NCBI RefSeq assembly: GCF_008831285.2
Contig: NC_045138.2
Location: 42,098,001 to 42,162,000, forward strand
Direction: 5' to 3'
Origin: Nymphaea colorata
Taxonomy: Eukaryota
DNA length: 64,000 nucleotides
Positions 63,901 to 64,000 of this stretch are shown here, piece after piece (positions within the stretch are counted from its first letter, which is position 1; each line of letters starts with the position of its first letter). The notes beneath the pieces were generated by a model. It was not told the origin of the DNA. It saw only the letters and a program-made list of their open reading frames with translations, and made no database searches. Both the position numbers and the translations under genes were made by a program.

Positions 63901-64000
63901 ACTTTCGTTTGAAAGATTGATTTTTAATTTGGTATTTGATTTATGTATTTGACAAATCCAAATGTATATTTACCTTCCATTAGCCAATTTATGTTCTGTA
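60981..64000 (-). mobile_element. LTR copy C, running off the window edge
   Basis: Begins tgttcgcaccccacccc; homologous to B, then continues past ...tttaagctggttattttg; minus-strand TATA ctctatataa ~63471-63481 and donor caag|gtagg ~63109. Confidence 0.75.

Overview
AT-rich, repeat-dominated plant (angiosperm-like) nuclear DNA; no rRNA, tRNA or CRISPR is visible. I can support only one intact host gene. It is a two-exon minus-strand gene, join(43541..43808,38090..38244), with a 5.3-kb GT-AG intron, encoding a 140-aa Cys/His-rich protein with a transit-peptide-like N-terminus and CHORD-like ligand spacing. The rest is mostly decayed transposons: a structurally complete but stop-riddled Galadriel-type chromovirus (9036-14520; LTRs, PBS, PPT, near-perfect TSD), an Ogre/Tat element (15301-24685) with PMD-like extra ORF, G-patch, second RNase H and 3'UTR tandem repeats, two CACTA remnants, FAR1/MULE, hAT, Harbinger and LINE remnants, a foldback element, a microsatellite-flanked TIR element, and nested related LTRs (56.7-64 kb). 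A PLS-PPR pseudogene lies at the left end. The most unusual object is a 1.5-kb PIF/Harbinger-type TIR element (34559-36078) packed with fragments of three unrelated host genes (SIRK1/GHR1-type LRR-RLK, EMC6, mTERF). All family assignments come from motif recognition by eye, not from database searches.
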